The position numbers and the translations under genes are program-made. The notes beneath the pieces are model-generated. The model saw only the letters and a program-made list of their open reading frames with translations. It was not told the origin of the DNA and ran no database searches. A DNA stretch of 64,000 nt, from assembly GCA_965153355.1 (NCBI GenBank), contig OZ231126.1, positions 14,880,001-14,944,000 of the forward strand, given 5' to 3'. Each line of letters opens with the position of its first letter. The first letter of the stretch is position 1. This document shows, one piece after another, positions 42,583 through 55,392 of this stretch. Origin of the DNA: Flaccisagitta enflata (taxonomy: Eukaryota).

Positions 42583-43614
42583 TGGCTCAAAACCAACGGT
42601 ATGTGAGATGCTCTCAAAGGCTCCCAAAGGCTTTCATCCTTAGGTAAAGTAGGGTTGAGTAGTAATGTTGTCCAACTTTCATATATTTCAGTACCATGGT
42701 GTAGAATGCCGGCGATCCCATATGGTTGATTCTCAATTCTTGCCTCTAATGGTATGGTTTTTAACAACATTGCCTTTGATATCTAGATTATCTTTGGATA
42801 GCTACATCATCATTTGGTAATTTGTCCACTGTAAACAATAGGGATATGCTGACTACTTTGCATCTTCTTATTTTGGGTTGACATGGAATGTTTGAGAAAA
42901 TGGTCTCAGTCAGTGGAGAAGATTTTGATTTTAAGTTGTGGGTTGCATGAGCCCATTACAATGGGAAGATCAGATGGATGTGAGGGACTTTGGATTAGGC
43001 CCCGCCGGTTCAGCATACTCATCTGGCACTCCTTCTTGTCATTGGCACTTGTAGCAAACAGGTTAGAATTATTGATTTTTTCTGTTTGGTTGAATTGTTT
43101 TTTTGAACCATTTCATGATAATGTTAAGATAGACTTGGTTGTTTTTCATTATTAAGGATAGTTGTGATGGGTCCGGATTAAACACCAGTGAGAGCTCCAA
43201 AGGCTCTCATCCTTAGGGTTGAGTAGTAATGTTGTCCAACTTTCATATATACCTATAATGTTTTGTCCTCTGACTGTGTATTGTGTTAATCAAGCTTTTA
43301 GATATCTTCCACAACTGATCAACATTTTCAGCTCAACTAGGTGAGTAAGTATGTTTTTAGATAGGTTTGCACTGGTTGAGATTTTAGGTTTTTCCAATAT
43401 GATCAATGTAAATTACAGTCTGAACACGACCCAAAATTTTTCGAAGATCTACCCTTCAAGGTCACGTTAGCGATGTCAATCCGTGTCTTTTGTTTTTAAG
43501 TGTTTTTGAGCGGGTATTGTTTTAGGGTTGGGGGTGGGATAAGGGTTAGGGATGGGGTGGGTTTTAGGGTTAGGGTGGGGATAAGGAGCAGGGTTAGGGC
43601 CAGGTGTGGGTTTG

Positions 43615-45488
43615 GTTTTTTAGTCGCATGCACGCGACTCTACAACCCGCTCCGTTGGTCGGTTGGTCGGTCGGTCTGTCGGTTGGTCCGTAACACTTTG
43701 CTTTTTTAGTCGCGTGCACGCGACTCTACAACCCGCTTTGTCTGTCGGTCGGTTGGTTGGTCGGTTGGTCGGTCGGTCGGTCGGTCTGTCACACTTTACT
43801 TTTTTTATCGCTTTTATTTCTTTAAGTCATTTTTAGTCATTTTAAGTCATTTTAAGTCATTCCAAGTCATTATAAGTCATTCTGAGTCATTCTAAGTCAT
43901 TTTAAGTCATTTTAAGTCATTATTGTCATTTAAGTAAATCTAGTCCTTTGCATCATTTTAAGTCATTCTTAGTTATTCTCAGTCATTCTGAGTCATTCTA
44001 AGTCATCTTAAGTCATTCTTAGTAATTATGAGTCATTCAGTCATTTTTGTGATTTTAGTCAATATAGTCCTTTACATCATTTGAAGTCATTTTAAGTCAT
44101 TTTAAGTCATTCTAACTAATTCTAAGTCATTTTAAGTCATTCTAAGTCATTTTAAGTCATTGTAAGTCATTGTAAGTCATTCTCAGTCGTTTTAAGTCAA
44201 TCTAAGTCATTTTATTTCATTCTTAGTCCTTTAAATTTATTATTGTCAGTTTAGTCGATATTGTCCTTTACATCATCTTAAGTCATTCTAAGTCATTCTA
44301 CGTCATTCCAAGTCATTTTAAGTCCTTCTTAGTCAGTCTAAGGCGGTTAAAAAGATACAATTAGGAGTCAGGTCAATTCATTTATTTTTGTCTAGCACGC
44401 GACTTATAGGTGTTGGCCTTGTTGTATCGTTTATAGTCATTTGAGGTCATCTTAGTCATTTTAAGTCATTTTTAGTCATTCTAAGTCATTTTAAGTTATT
44501 CTAAGTCATTCTAAGTCATGCTAAGTCACTTTTTTACGATTGCTATTTTCGTCATTTTTTGTCATTTTACATCATTTTAGGTCATTTTAAGTCATTCTTA
44601 GTCATTCTGAGTCACTATAAGTCATTCTGAGTCACTACAAGTCATTCATAGTTCATAGCGCTAAGCTTTTTTTGCAGTTTTACATTGTTATTAGTCTGGC
44701 ATGGATCTGGTTTAAGTTTAGATAAGGTCTGGTATAAGTCTGGTTAAGGTCTGGCTTAGGTCTGGTCTAAGTCTGGTCTAAGTTTGGTCTAAGTCTGGTC
44801 TAAGTCTGGTCTAAGTCTGGTGTAAGTCTGGTCTAAGTCTGGTCTAAGTCTGGTCTAAGTCTGGTCTAAGTCTGGTCTAAGTCTGGTCTCAGTCTGGTCT
44901 CAGTCTGGTCTCAGACTGGTCTAAGTCTGGTCTCAGTCTGGTCTCAGTCTGGTCTCAGTCTGGTCTAAGTCTGGTCTAAGTCTGGTCTAAGTCTGGTCTA
45001 AGTCTGGTCTAAGTCTGGTCTAAGTCTGGTCTAAGTCTGGTCTAAGTCTGGTCTAAGTCTGGTCTAAGTCAGGTCTAAGTCTGGTCTAAGTCTGGTCTAA
45101 GTCTGGTCTAAGTCTGGTCTAAGTCTGGTCTAAGTCTGGTCAAAGTCTGGTCTAAGTCTGGTCTAAGTCTGGTCTAAGTCTGGTCTAAGTCTGGTCTAAG
45201 TCTGGTCTAAGTCTGGTGTATGTCTGGTGTAAGTCTGGTCTAAGTCTGGTCTAAATCTGGTCAAATTCTGGTCTAAGTCTGGTCTAAGTCTGGTCTAAGT
45301 CAGGTCTAAGTCTGGTCTAAGTCTGGTCTAAGTCTGGTCTAAGTCTGGTCTAAGTCTGGTCTAAGTCTGGTCTAAGTCTGGTCTAAGTCTGGTCTAAGTC
45401 TGGTCTAAGTCTATAAAGTGATACAATAAGGAGTCAGGTCAATTCAGTTATCTTTGTCCCGCACGCGACTTAAAGGTGTTGGCCTTGT
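43615..45488 (+). mobile_element. compound Helentron-associated/DINE-1-like locus with two 10-bp tandem arrays
   Basis: Two 5' ends (about 43617 and 43705), then (aagtcatttt)n, a 3' end at 44355-44423, more array, (aagtctggtc-t)n at about 44725-45412, and a second 3' end at 45420-45488. Confidence 0.75.
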
Positions 45489-46472
45489 TATGTTATAGCT
45501 CGAGTAAGCTTGAATTGAACATTTGTCTTTGCGGGAAAAAACAAGTGACGGGATTGAATTCCCTAACATTACCGCTTTCAATACATCATCAATATCAATA
45601 TATTTTTTTAAAGATAAGGTTATTCTCTCTAGTTAAGATAGCCGATTTTTGACGCATTGGTCCCCCACCCATCCATTACTACCCCTGCCAACCTGCAAGA
45701 CTACCACGGCCCACTCGCATTACTGCCCCGGCCTTGCCCACTCGCATTCAACCCATTGCAAAATCAACTTCTGTAGTAACGCCATTTCCGGTATTCTCCA
45801 TGGCAACGTAACGCCATTTTGGCGTGTATATGGCGTTATTTGAGGCGTTAATATTGCTGTCACTTTTTGGTCCATCTTTTTTACTCATTATGGATTTTTT
45901 GTGATCGTTTGAAAAAAGATTAAAGATAAAAAAAAATGTCATACAAAATATTCGCCATTAATATTTATTTTTTTTTCATTTTTTATTTTTTATTTTTTTT
46001 TCCTTTTTCTTTTTCTTTTTTTTTTTTTTTCTTTTTCTTTTTCATTTTTCATTTTTTATTTTTCATTTTTCATTTTTCATTTATCACTTTTCCTTTTTTA
46101 ACTTTTCACTTTTCACCTTTCATTTTTCATTTTTCATTTTTCACTTTTCACTTTTATTTTTCATTTTTCACTTTTCAATTTTTTCTCTTTTTTTAACCTT
46201 TAGTATTTAAGGTTTCATATTTAAATTCTTGTTTCATATGCTTTAATCATCTATTCTTTAAAATTTTGACATAATAGCATTTCTATATTCTTTTTATCAA
46301 GAATTTTTTGATAGAAAATGACCAAAGTTTGAAAATGATCAATCATTCTCCGACATGCTTAACATGAGGTTCAAAAACATAGACATAACATAAATGCTGA
46401 AATGATTCTCTCGGTTTTGGTCTCATCCTCTCACAGAGAGATAACTGCAGAGATACAGTGAGACAGAGACAG

Positions 46473-46510
<38 letters not shown>

Positions 46511-48079
46511 TGACACAGACATTTCGTTTTATGTTTATTAACTAGCTATTAATAGCTTTGGTTAGCTTCAAATAGCTTAAAATAGTTGTTAATAGCTATT
46601 GATAGTATTTGATAGCTTTTTATAGCTTTATACAGCTTTAATAGAACGTAACGACCAGAAACGAAGTCGTAATATGCAAAAATTGTAACTATAGTGTTTT
46701 TGATGCTATTGGGGAATAGCAAAATGTGACAAAAAACGGGTTTCCGAATTTTCTACGCAATCCGTTGCTCGCATTACAGCTCCTGCCCACCCGCAAGCAA
46801 CTTCTTCTTGGTCCGACAACTTGGCCTTGTTTTACTATTTGTTGAAGCATGACTACTTAGACTAGCAAGATCTGCGAAAAATGCTTAGTACATTTAAAGG
46901 AAAGTAAAAGGACATCGCATTTTGCTTTTTTTTTCATTTGATGTTTTATTTTTTTGTTTTTGACCTTTTCAATGATGCAAGTGAAATCATGAAACAGCAT
47001 TTCGAGGAGGAATTTACAATTGACATGAATATGTTTAACAGACAATTTTAGTTAGTTATGAATGATGAGATCAATATGAACGATAGAAATCAAGATTAAT
47101 CAAACCAAGTTATAAATTAAGAGGAATGGAAATAAATTAGAAGATAAGATATGCGATATGGTACAGTCTCGAACAATAATTTATATCCCATTCTGATGCT
47201 CATTGTTTCGTCGGAAGAAGTAAGATTTTTGGTTCATAATAACAATTTACATAATTTTTTTCTCTATCTTTGACAATTCTTAAAGAATTTACAAACAGAA
47301 TTACACTGACAGTTTCCTTAAGATATTTACGTTTATAGAAAAGGGTGCAATTGACTTTCTTTATCCAGCCGGGGCTGAATGTGAGGAAATTGGGGACTAG
47401 AATTTCATCCTTGGAAATTGGCAGCATCGATTTTATGAGATAATCAATGACATACACAAGAAAAAAAGATAATGAAAGAATTGTAGTCAATTCAGTACAC
47501 ACAAATTCACATTATCAAATACAAATATGGCAGTTTGGCATGTCATTTTAACAACAATTTTCACGCAAAAGTTCAATAAATCATAAGTTAAGTTTTTTGG
47601 CAGCTCAATAGATAGACGGAAGTTATCAGACACGGATAAGAAAAAAGTGACGAAACAATTTTTTTTTCTTAAAAAAATTGTCGTCATTTTTGTTCTTCAA
47701 TAAATACCTTGCATGGTTGAGATCATTGGAAAACTGAATGGATTAGGAATAAGAAAAAAAGTAACTGTCTTTCTCCGCAAGCAGATAATCGACAGTCCTT
47801 TTTTGTGATAGATAATGAGTTCAATATGTAATACCAACTATGATCTTTCATATATTGGATCAAATGATCTAAAAAAAGAATGATAAGAATATGTTTGCAA
47901 ATTGCTTTTTTTTTCATCCTCGATTCATCCGCGAAAGATCATAGTTGGTAAGAATTTTGACAAGTTTGTTTTCATCAAACAAATTAAATAATTCAAGTTT
48001 TAATTAAATACATTATGAGATCATTGGTTGTGAAAGCATCACGAGACTAGATTTGTCACTGATGAAGATATAGGACTGA

Positions 48080-48115
<36 letters not shown>

Positions 48116-48158
48116 TGAGGAATAAGTCCACCCAGTCTTCACCAATGACAGACAGTAA

Positions 48159-48275
48159 TTCACTAAAACGCTAGAAGGGCACTCTCTTAGGAGTCTAGAC
48201 ATCCCTTTTATCTAGTTTTTAGCGAAATAATAATTAAATAATTAAATAAATAAATACATGAATGCAATGGTTTTG

Positions 48276-48315
<40 letters not shown>

Positions 48316-48443
48316 GCGGCATACAGTGTTCCGCCAAAAACAGGAAGGGCACTTTTTCCAGTTGCACACCCTTTTAACCTGTTTCTTGGTGAAATTACCA
48401 AAAACACAAGAATACTAGACTAGTTAAGCCAGTGTTAACTCAT

Positions 48444-48487
<44 letters not shown>

Positions 48488-48806
48488 TACAAGCAGAAAA
48501 TGAAAAAAGACAAAAAAGACAGATTAAAAAGCTAACAATGGCAGGCGATGTGTCACTAAAACGCAGGAGGGGCACTCTCTTACGAGTCTATTCAACCCCT
48601 ATCACCCTGTTTTTAGCGAGAATTTTTCAATGAAATAAGTTAATAAATAATTAGATAATCTTTTTTTCATGGAAAATTGGAAGTTGTTTGGAATTGGCAT
48701 TTGCAATAACTAGACTGTCACCAATAGATGATTTCTCTCCGAACCGGGAAGGGCACTCTCTTAGGAGTCTAGGTAAACCCTTGTAATTGAAAACCCGTTT
48801 CGGAGA
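48159..48806. ncRNA. cluster of four related hairpins (candidate structured RNA / miRNA-like cluster)
   Basis: Hairpins at 48159-48226, 48329-48393, 48553-48619 and 48736-48806 share GGGCACT...AGT...CCCT within differing but self-complementary outer stems. Confidence 0.4.
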
Positions 48807-49997
48807 TGATTAAATTAATAAATAATAAATTAAAGCTATAAACTAATTCATCATCAAATATGCAATGTACGCGAAATATTGATCATCAAACGTCAAATGT
48901 GAGACCAAGAGGAATGAGAATGAGATCAATTTCTTCCACATTTAAAAGCAAAAATTAAATGTCATGTTTTTTGCTCTCAATTTAAGGAAACAAACAACCG
49001 CAAAATCTTCTCTTCGCTTTTTTGGGGCGATGATGAGAAATCTTAGTTTTTGTTCATTCAGAAATAAATAAATATGCAAGTTAAAAACATTAATCAATAA
49101 GAAAGGAAATGGAAAAATTATGGAAAAATGAAGGTTGATAAAAACATCAAGAGAAGGATTTGAAATGATTAAGAAAAAACGATAGACATAATCGTTATTG
49201 ATATAAGACAAAACAAATCTCGTCAACGAGACAGACATAAGAAAATCAGAGAGAGAATCCATTTATTGCTATGTTTCCCGGCACGAGCCATTCGTATGCG
49301 TAACGACTGGACACACACACAGCACACGCTAGCAAGCGCCACACAGGCTCACATGCGCTAAAGAGGCTCGCTTTAGCTACACGACGACATGCGCGGAAGT
49401 TGACATGCGCCACGCACGCATCCAGATCGGTTACGATCCTGAATTGGCAGAAACGATCGTCACAAACACACACGCGCGAGTGAGATTTCAGAAAAGATAA
49501 CAGATTTAAAGAAGAGTAAGAGAGATGGAAAAAAAAAATAAAAGAAAGAGATGAATGAGGATCGCGAAACAGAGAGCACGCGCACAAGCGCGCGCCTGTG
49601 TCATGGCGATAGATGGTGAGAGAAAAATCAGTGATAAAATCTCATTTATGAGATGGTAGAAATAGTGCACAAGGAGGCAAACGGGTGAGGTTAGCGGGAG
49701 AACTTTTCTTTTGTTTTATGATGAAACATCGAGTTTAAATCAAATACTATATGATATATCAAGGATCACTACGGTGGTTAAAATCAAAGAGTTTGCGAAA
49801 TGTTGGATAGATAGCTTGATAGGTAATGAATCCATCATTCTACTGACAATTGGGCCTTTCGCGAAAAACGAGGGGCTCAAATTCATCAGTGGAATTGATG
49901 GTTGTTTAAGGAATAAGAGGATATAGCTTATTTCTTTGTTGTTTTTTTGCATAGGGCACAGTGAACACTCGTCCGTGCGCGAGACCAGCAACCACCC

Positions 49998-50043
<46 letters not shown>

Positions 50044-51128
50044 GGTCTGCGCATGGAACACGAGTGAAAGAGAGTATGAATGATAAAGCCAACAAATACA
50101 AGTTCTCGACAAGAAAAAGAAATACAAAGAGAGCACAAAGACCATCACCAAGAAAGGACAAAGACATTGCATGAATGACAAAACAAACACGAGAAACAAA
50201 GAAGAACAAGATTCCATAAGATATGGAAACATGATATTGATTAATGAAGGCGATTTGACAGCACATGGTTAAAAAAAAAAAGAATATTGATAGTTTGGAA
50301 GATGAGATGGGTTTCTTTTTATAATAAATTCCCTCCATTGGAAGAAAGAATGGAAGAACAAGTTCAGGTTCAAGTTCAAGTTCAAGTCAACCGGAAAAGA
50401 AAAGCCAGTGGCTTGTGGTCCCGGTGCATTCCGTCATTCGTCTGCATTCGTGCATAACCATGACATCATATAACATTCCAAAGTGTATCCAGTCATTTGG
50501 TATTCTTTACCAAAAACAAAAAGGGTGAAAAAGAGACTCACCATACTCTCACTTGGTATCAACTTTACCAAGTAACCAGCCAAAAACATCACTCACAAGA
50601 ACAAGAAATTTTTTTAACACATTTTGTTCTGTTTTTCAAAAATGCAAATGAGAGAATCTGTTATAATCTGATATGAAAATGGAATCACGGCCGTCTTTGA
50701 AAAAACTCAAAATTCGAATGCCATTCAAAGAAAAATTATGTTGTAAAAAAAAAACATCAATTACACTCAACTTTATAATTGATTTCGAATGGGATTCGAT
50801 CCTGGTTTGATTAACGGCACTATGGACATATGAATGTGGAATATTTTTTGCGTATGTTATAGATAAAATGAATAATAGATTTTTTTTCTTAGAATATGAA
50901 TTTATGTAACAGTATGGGTTTTTTTTCAACTGCAACTGAAATCGAAATGCGTATGAAATGTGTATGGGAATGATGGTATTAGTAATAATGATGTTCAAAA
51001 AACCTTGCGTTTGAAAAGATCAAGTTATAACGTTGTTGTTTTTTTTTTCAAAGAGAAACGTAATTAAATTCAGCATTTAACATATAGGTAATTTCTTAAA
51101 CTTTTTTGTTCGTAGTTGAAATGGCATT

Positions 51129-53506
51129 TCAATGTGCTTGCAACGCCATTCTGTGATCACCTTCGACCATCGCTGATGCGACATTCGTCCCTAAAGGCGA
51201 GGATGGAGGCGTCGACATCGACAGCAATGTAGACGTCAATGTCGACGTCAATGTCGACGATGATGTTGAGGAAGCAGTTGAGGAAGCTGCGGCGACACAA
51301 GCCGGAGAAGACTCGTAATGTTTCGTCAAGTACGCTTCGTTCGTAAATAGTTTCGAGCATGCTGCGCAACTGTGATGAGTAGAGGTCTTCTGTGGCGATG
51401 ATGCTGCGGCGGTTGAAGCGGCCACCGTTGTTGCTGTAGCGGCTGCGGCGCTCGCCCCCGTTGTAGAAGTAGCAGCGGCCGCGGCCGCGCCCGCCGTCCC
51501 CGCGTGCGTTTGCATGTGGGCGCGTAGATTGGATCTGTCTGCGAACGCCTTGCCGCAGTGGGCGCAGCCGTAAGGCTTCTCCCCAGTGTGAGATCTCAAA
51601 TGCCCTTGCAGCAACCAAGGACGAGAGAACGCTTTGCCGCAAACGTCGCATTTGTGGCTGAGATTGTGGGTGAGGAGATGCATGGACAACGCCGGCATCG
51701 AGACGTACACTTTGTCGCAATGCGGACACTTCTTGGCGCCATCCGAGTCCAAGTCGCGATGAGTTTGTTTGTGGCGCGACAAATTGGAGGACGTGGCGTA
51801 GCTTTTGCCACATTCGTTGCAAGAGTATCTTTGTTGTTGGCGTTTGGGAGATGGGGGCGTATTTTCGCCCTCGGCGCCCGTGGCAGCGGCGCCGATTTCG
51901 GCGAGACTATCATCACCGGCTGAAGGCAGAGCGCCGGTTGTGTCAGCGTCGATGTCGTTGTTATTGTTTTCGCTTCGCTTCCTCTTTTTCGATCTTCCGT
52001 CAGCCACCAGGAAAGACTCATAAGTATATTTGACGGTGACGCCCACGGTTGGGACACCGACCCGGGATGCCGCTGTCGCTGATCCTGCTGTAGACGCTGA
52101 CGCCGCCGCAGCAGCAGCAGCAACATCCGAGTACCCGGCGCCTTGGCCGTTATTTTTACTTGGAGTCTTTTCGGGGTGTGATGGCGAAGGCGGGAGTGAA
52201 TCGAAAGAGGAAGACGAAGGCGGAGAAGGTGGCAAATATGGATGATGATGATGATCGTGCAAGTCATCTTCACCTTCATGGTCTTCAACGATCATCATAG
52301 GAGACTCTTCCAGAGCGGCTCTTTGATGAAGATGATGATAAGGTTGATATGGGGGAAGCTGTTGAGGGTGATGTTGTCGCTGTTGAAAGTGAGTGAGAAT
52401 GTCGTCGCGGCTGCTGCCAGTGGCTGCCGCCGCGAATTTTAAAGTCAGAGGCGTCACGACGCTCGCATGCTGTGGACGTGGTTGTTGTTGATGTTGTGGG
52501 TGGTGCTGTGGTTGTTGCAAAATGATATGCATTCTGCCTTCAAAGTCTTTTTTGGGAGTAGAAGTCGCCAAAGGAGTCGGCAGCAATGAACGACCACCGA
52601 CTTGATGCTGCGCCGGCAGCAAGGATCGACCGCCGGAGGATGGTTGCTGCGCCGGTAGTAAAGGTCGTTTAGGCGGTGTGGCAGCCGCCATTTCCGGCAC
52701 CGTGGAAGCCAACGCCGGAAGACGTGGAATCAGGCGATATGGTTGCTGTTGCTGCTGATGTTGCTGTTGAGGCGGAATGAGGTGATGAAGTTGCCGCTGT
52801 TGTTGCTGCAACTTTTGATGAAGATGAAGTTGATGATGCAGTTGCAGCGGATGCGATCTGACGCTTTCTTCGGTCTTGAATCTGTCGTCGACGGAGAGAG
52901 GAACTTTGACCTCTTTTTGAACGCCGCCAACGACGTTGCTGTCCAAACTGCCAACATCATCGTCGGTCTTGACTTCCACAGTTTCGTCAACGACGACGTT
53001 CATCCCAACGTCGGCGACGATCTTCAACTCCTCGTCTCCTCCTTGGACGACAGCTGCGGCAGCGACGCCATCTGGAACAAAGCCGCGAGACGACGCGGAA
53101 TCAAGCGGCAGCGCCGCGATAGCGTTGGTGGATGCCAGCGCCGGATCGACTTTGACCATCGGAGGTTTGACGTCATCGTCGTTGTTGCTGTCCGACGATG
53201 ACGCCGATGATGAAGGCGACGGCGTCCGCGGTGAAGCGGCGGACGCGTTGGGGATCATGTCGATGACGCCGCTTCGAAGAGCGCTGAGAGCGCCCAACGG
53301 CGACATCGTCATGGCGACGGAAGGAACGGCGCGTGGAGACGGCGAAAGACGCCGTGGTGACGCCAGAGATGGTGATGATGGCGCCGCCGGTGGTGGCACA
53401 TGATGGCGCCGTTGGATGGGCGGCGTGGCGGCGCCAGTGGGAGCCGCCGCCGCGACAGTGGCCGCAGCTTCGGCCGCGCAACGCGGCGAGAAAGCCTCGA
53501 TGGCGC
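51129..53506 (-). CDS. scrt: scratch-like zinc-finger repressor, coding exon 2 (Scratch motif + 5 C2H2 fingers)
   Basis: Pyrimidine tract and ccag|GC acceptor at 53507 (phase 1). Contains [13 protein letters not shown] (Scratch motif) and the Scratch-type fingers [84 protein letters not shown], plus a fifth ending [12 protein letters not shown]. Spliced CDS is 3204 nt. Confidence 0.93.
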
Positions 53507-53795
53507 CTGGAAAAGAGAAGAAAGATATTGATTTATATGGGAAAATGTTTTTAAAAATGTTTGGTACCATAGATCTTACAAAAAAGCATTTGAGAGCAGT
53601 AGTAACTGCGCAATTCGTCTTGAAGGAAAAATCAATGTCCTACTCCGGATATGTTCATTTTAGCTTTGCTTTTTTTCTGTGCCTCTGTTTCTCTCTCTTT
53701 CTCCTTTCCTTTCCTTTCCTTTCTATTTCATGTCACATGCCAGAAACGCAACGGTGCCCACCAGATTATGCTAATAGAAAGAGACGGAGGAGAAG

Positions 53796-53845
<50 letters not shown>

Positions 53846-53921
53846 AGCCAGGTATTCCAGACGCAGATGTCAATGACAGGCAACAAGGAAAGGGAACAGA
53901 GAAAAAAAAACGTAAATTGAC

Positions 53922-54004
<83 letters not shown>

Positions 54005-54455
54005 AAAAGATTTAAAAAAAAATGAGATCGATAACAGTCAAGCTTAACCACTAAAAATGGAGAAATTATAGCTAACATTGAAAAAGAGAGGAAAGAAAAA
54101 TCAATAATTCAACGTTGAAAAATATGCAAATAGAGCCGAGGTGGATGAACGGCGACCTCAGTGACGGTGAAAATGAGAGAGAGAGAGAGAGAGAGAAAGT
54201 GAAAGCGCCATCGTTTTGATATGGCAAAAAAATAATATAATGACGCAGAGGCGCTGAAGCAACAGTTGAATATTGGGAAGAGGAGAACAAAAAAGGTGAA
54301 AGGAAGGAGGAGGAGGAGAAACACGTAACTAGGAGGAAGAGGAGGAGGAGGAAGGGAAAGAGATTGGAAAATGAGAGAAGAAGCAGAAAAAAGAAGAGGA
54401 GGACAGGTGGAGGAGGAGGTAAATGGAAATGGAATTGGGTCTAAATTTGAAACAC

Positions 54456-54554
<99 letters not shown>

Positions 54555-54921
54555 AAAAGGAGAGAGACAGAGACAGAGGCAGAGATGGAGGCAGACAGAA
54601 AGACAGACAGAAACAGTACCATACAGACAGAATTTTAGCAAGAGTCGCTGAGAGAGCAATCATAGATCCAAGATCAAGGGAACAAGAAGCAAAGAAACAG
54701 GCATACTGTTGCTGACACAACGGTTAGACTACATAGGGATAGATAAAAAGATACACACTAAAGAACGGTCAAAATCGATTAAGAGAATGACAGTTAAAAA
54801 AGAACATGCATGAACACACGTACAGACACGCACGCAGTTGGATGAGGACCGCACGCAATCATGAGCAGGATTGGCATGCAAACTGGGGAATGAAGACTGG
54901 ATGATGACTAAGCGCAGTTCC

Positions 54922-55014
<93 letters not shown>

Positions 55015-55392
55015 TCAATGAAGGAAACCTCCCCGGAATGCAATATGCGCCAAGGAGGAACCAAATAAAAAAAAGAGAAAGGGGCTTTCGCAGCTTCGGC
55101 CAAATTTGGATGAGCTGACTCATGCTTTTACTCTCTTTTTTTAAGGGACAGGGTAGAAATGGGAGACGGTTTGAAAGGAAGGAGGGACTGGGAGTACAAG
55201 ACTGGGGAATTTCAACTGATTAGAGAAAGGGTTGAAAGACAAAGGAGATTCATAAAGATTAGATGAAACTAGATTGAAAAAAACAGTCATTGAACATTTT
55301 TGCAGACAAGAACCTTCAATAAACAACGGAACCTTAAAATGCAACGAAATAAAAGAAATATAAACAAAAACGGGGTTTTGCATTTCACTCAC

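Noticed and set aside
44725-45412. Regular array resembling CRISPR or telomere
   Set aside because: Contiguous 10-bp units without spacers, inside a DINE-like element in a eukaryotic context.
53507-53570. N-terminal part of the 813-aa ORF as a separate gene start
   Set aside because: Intronic read-through upstream of the acceptor at 53507; the SNAG-bearing exon supplies the true start.
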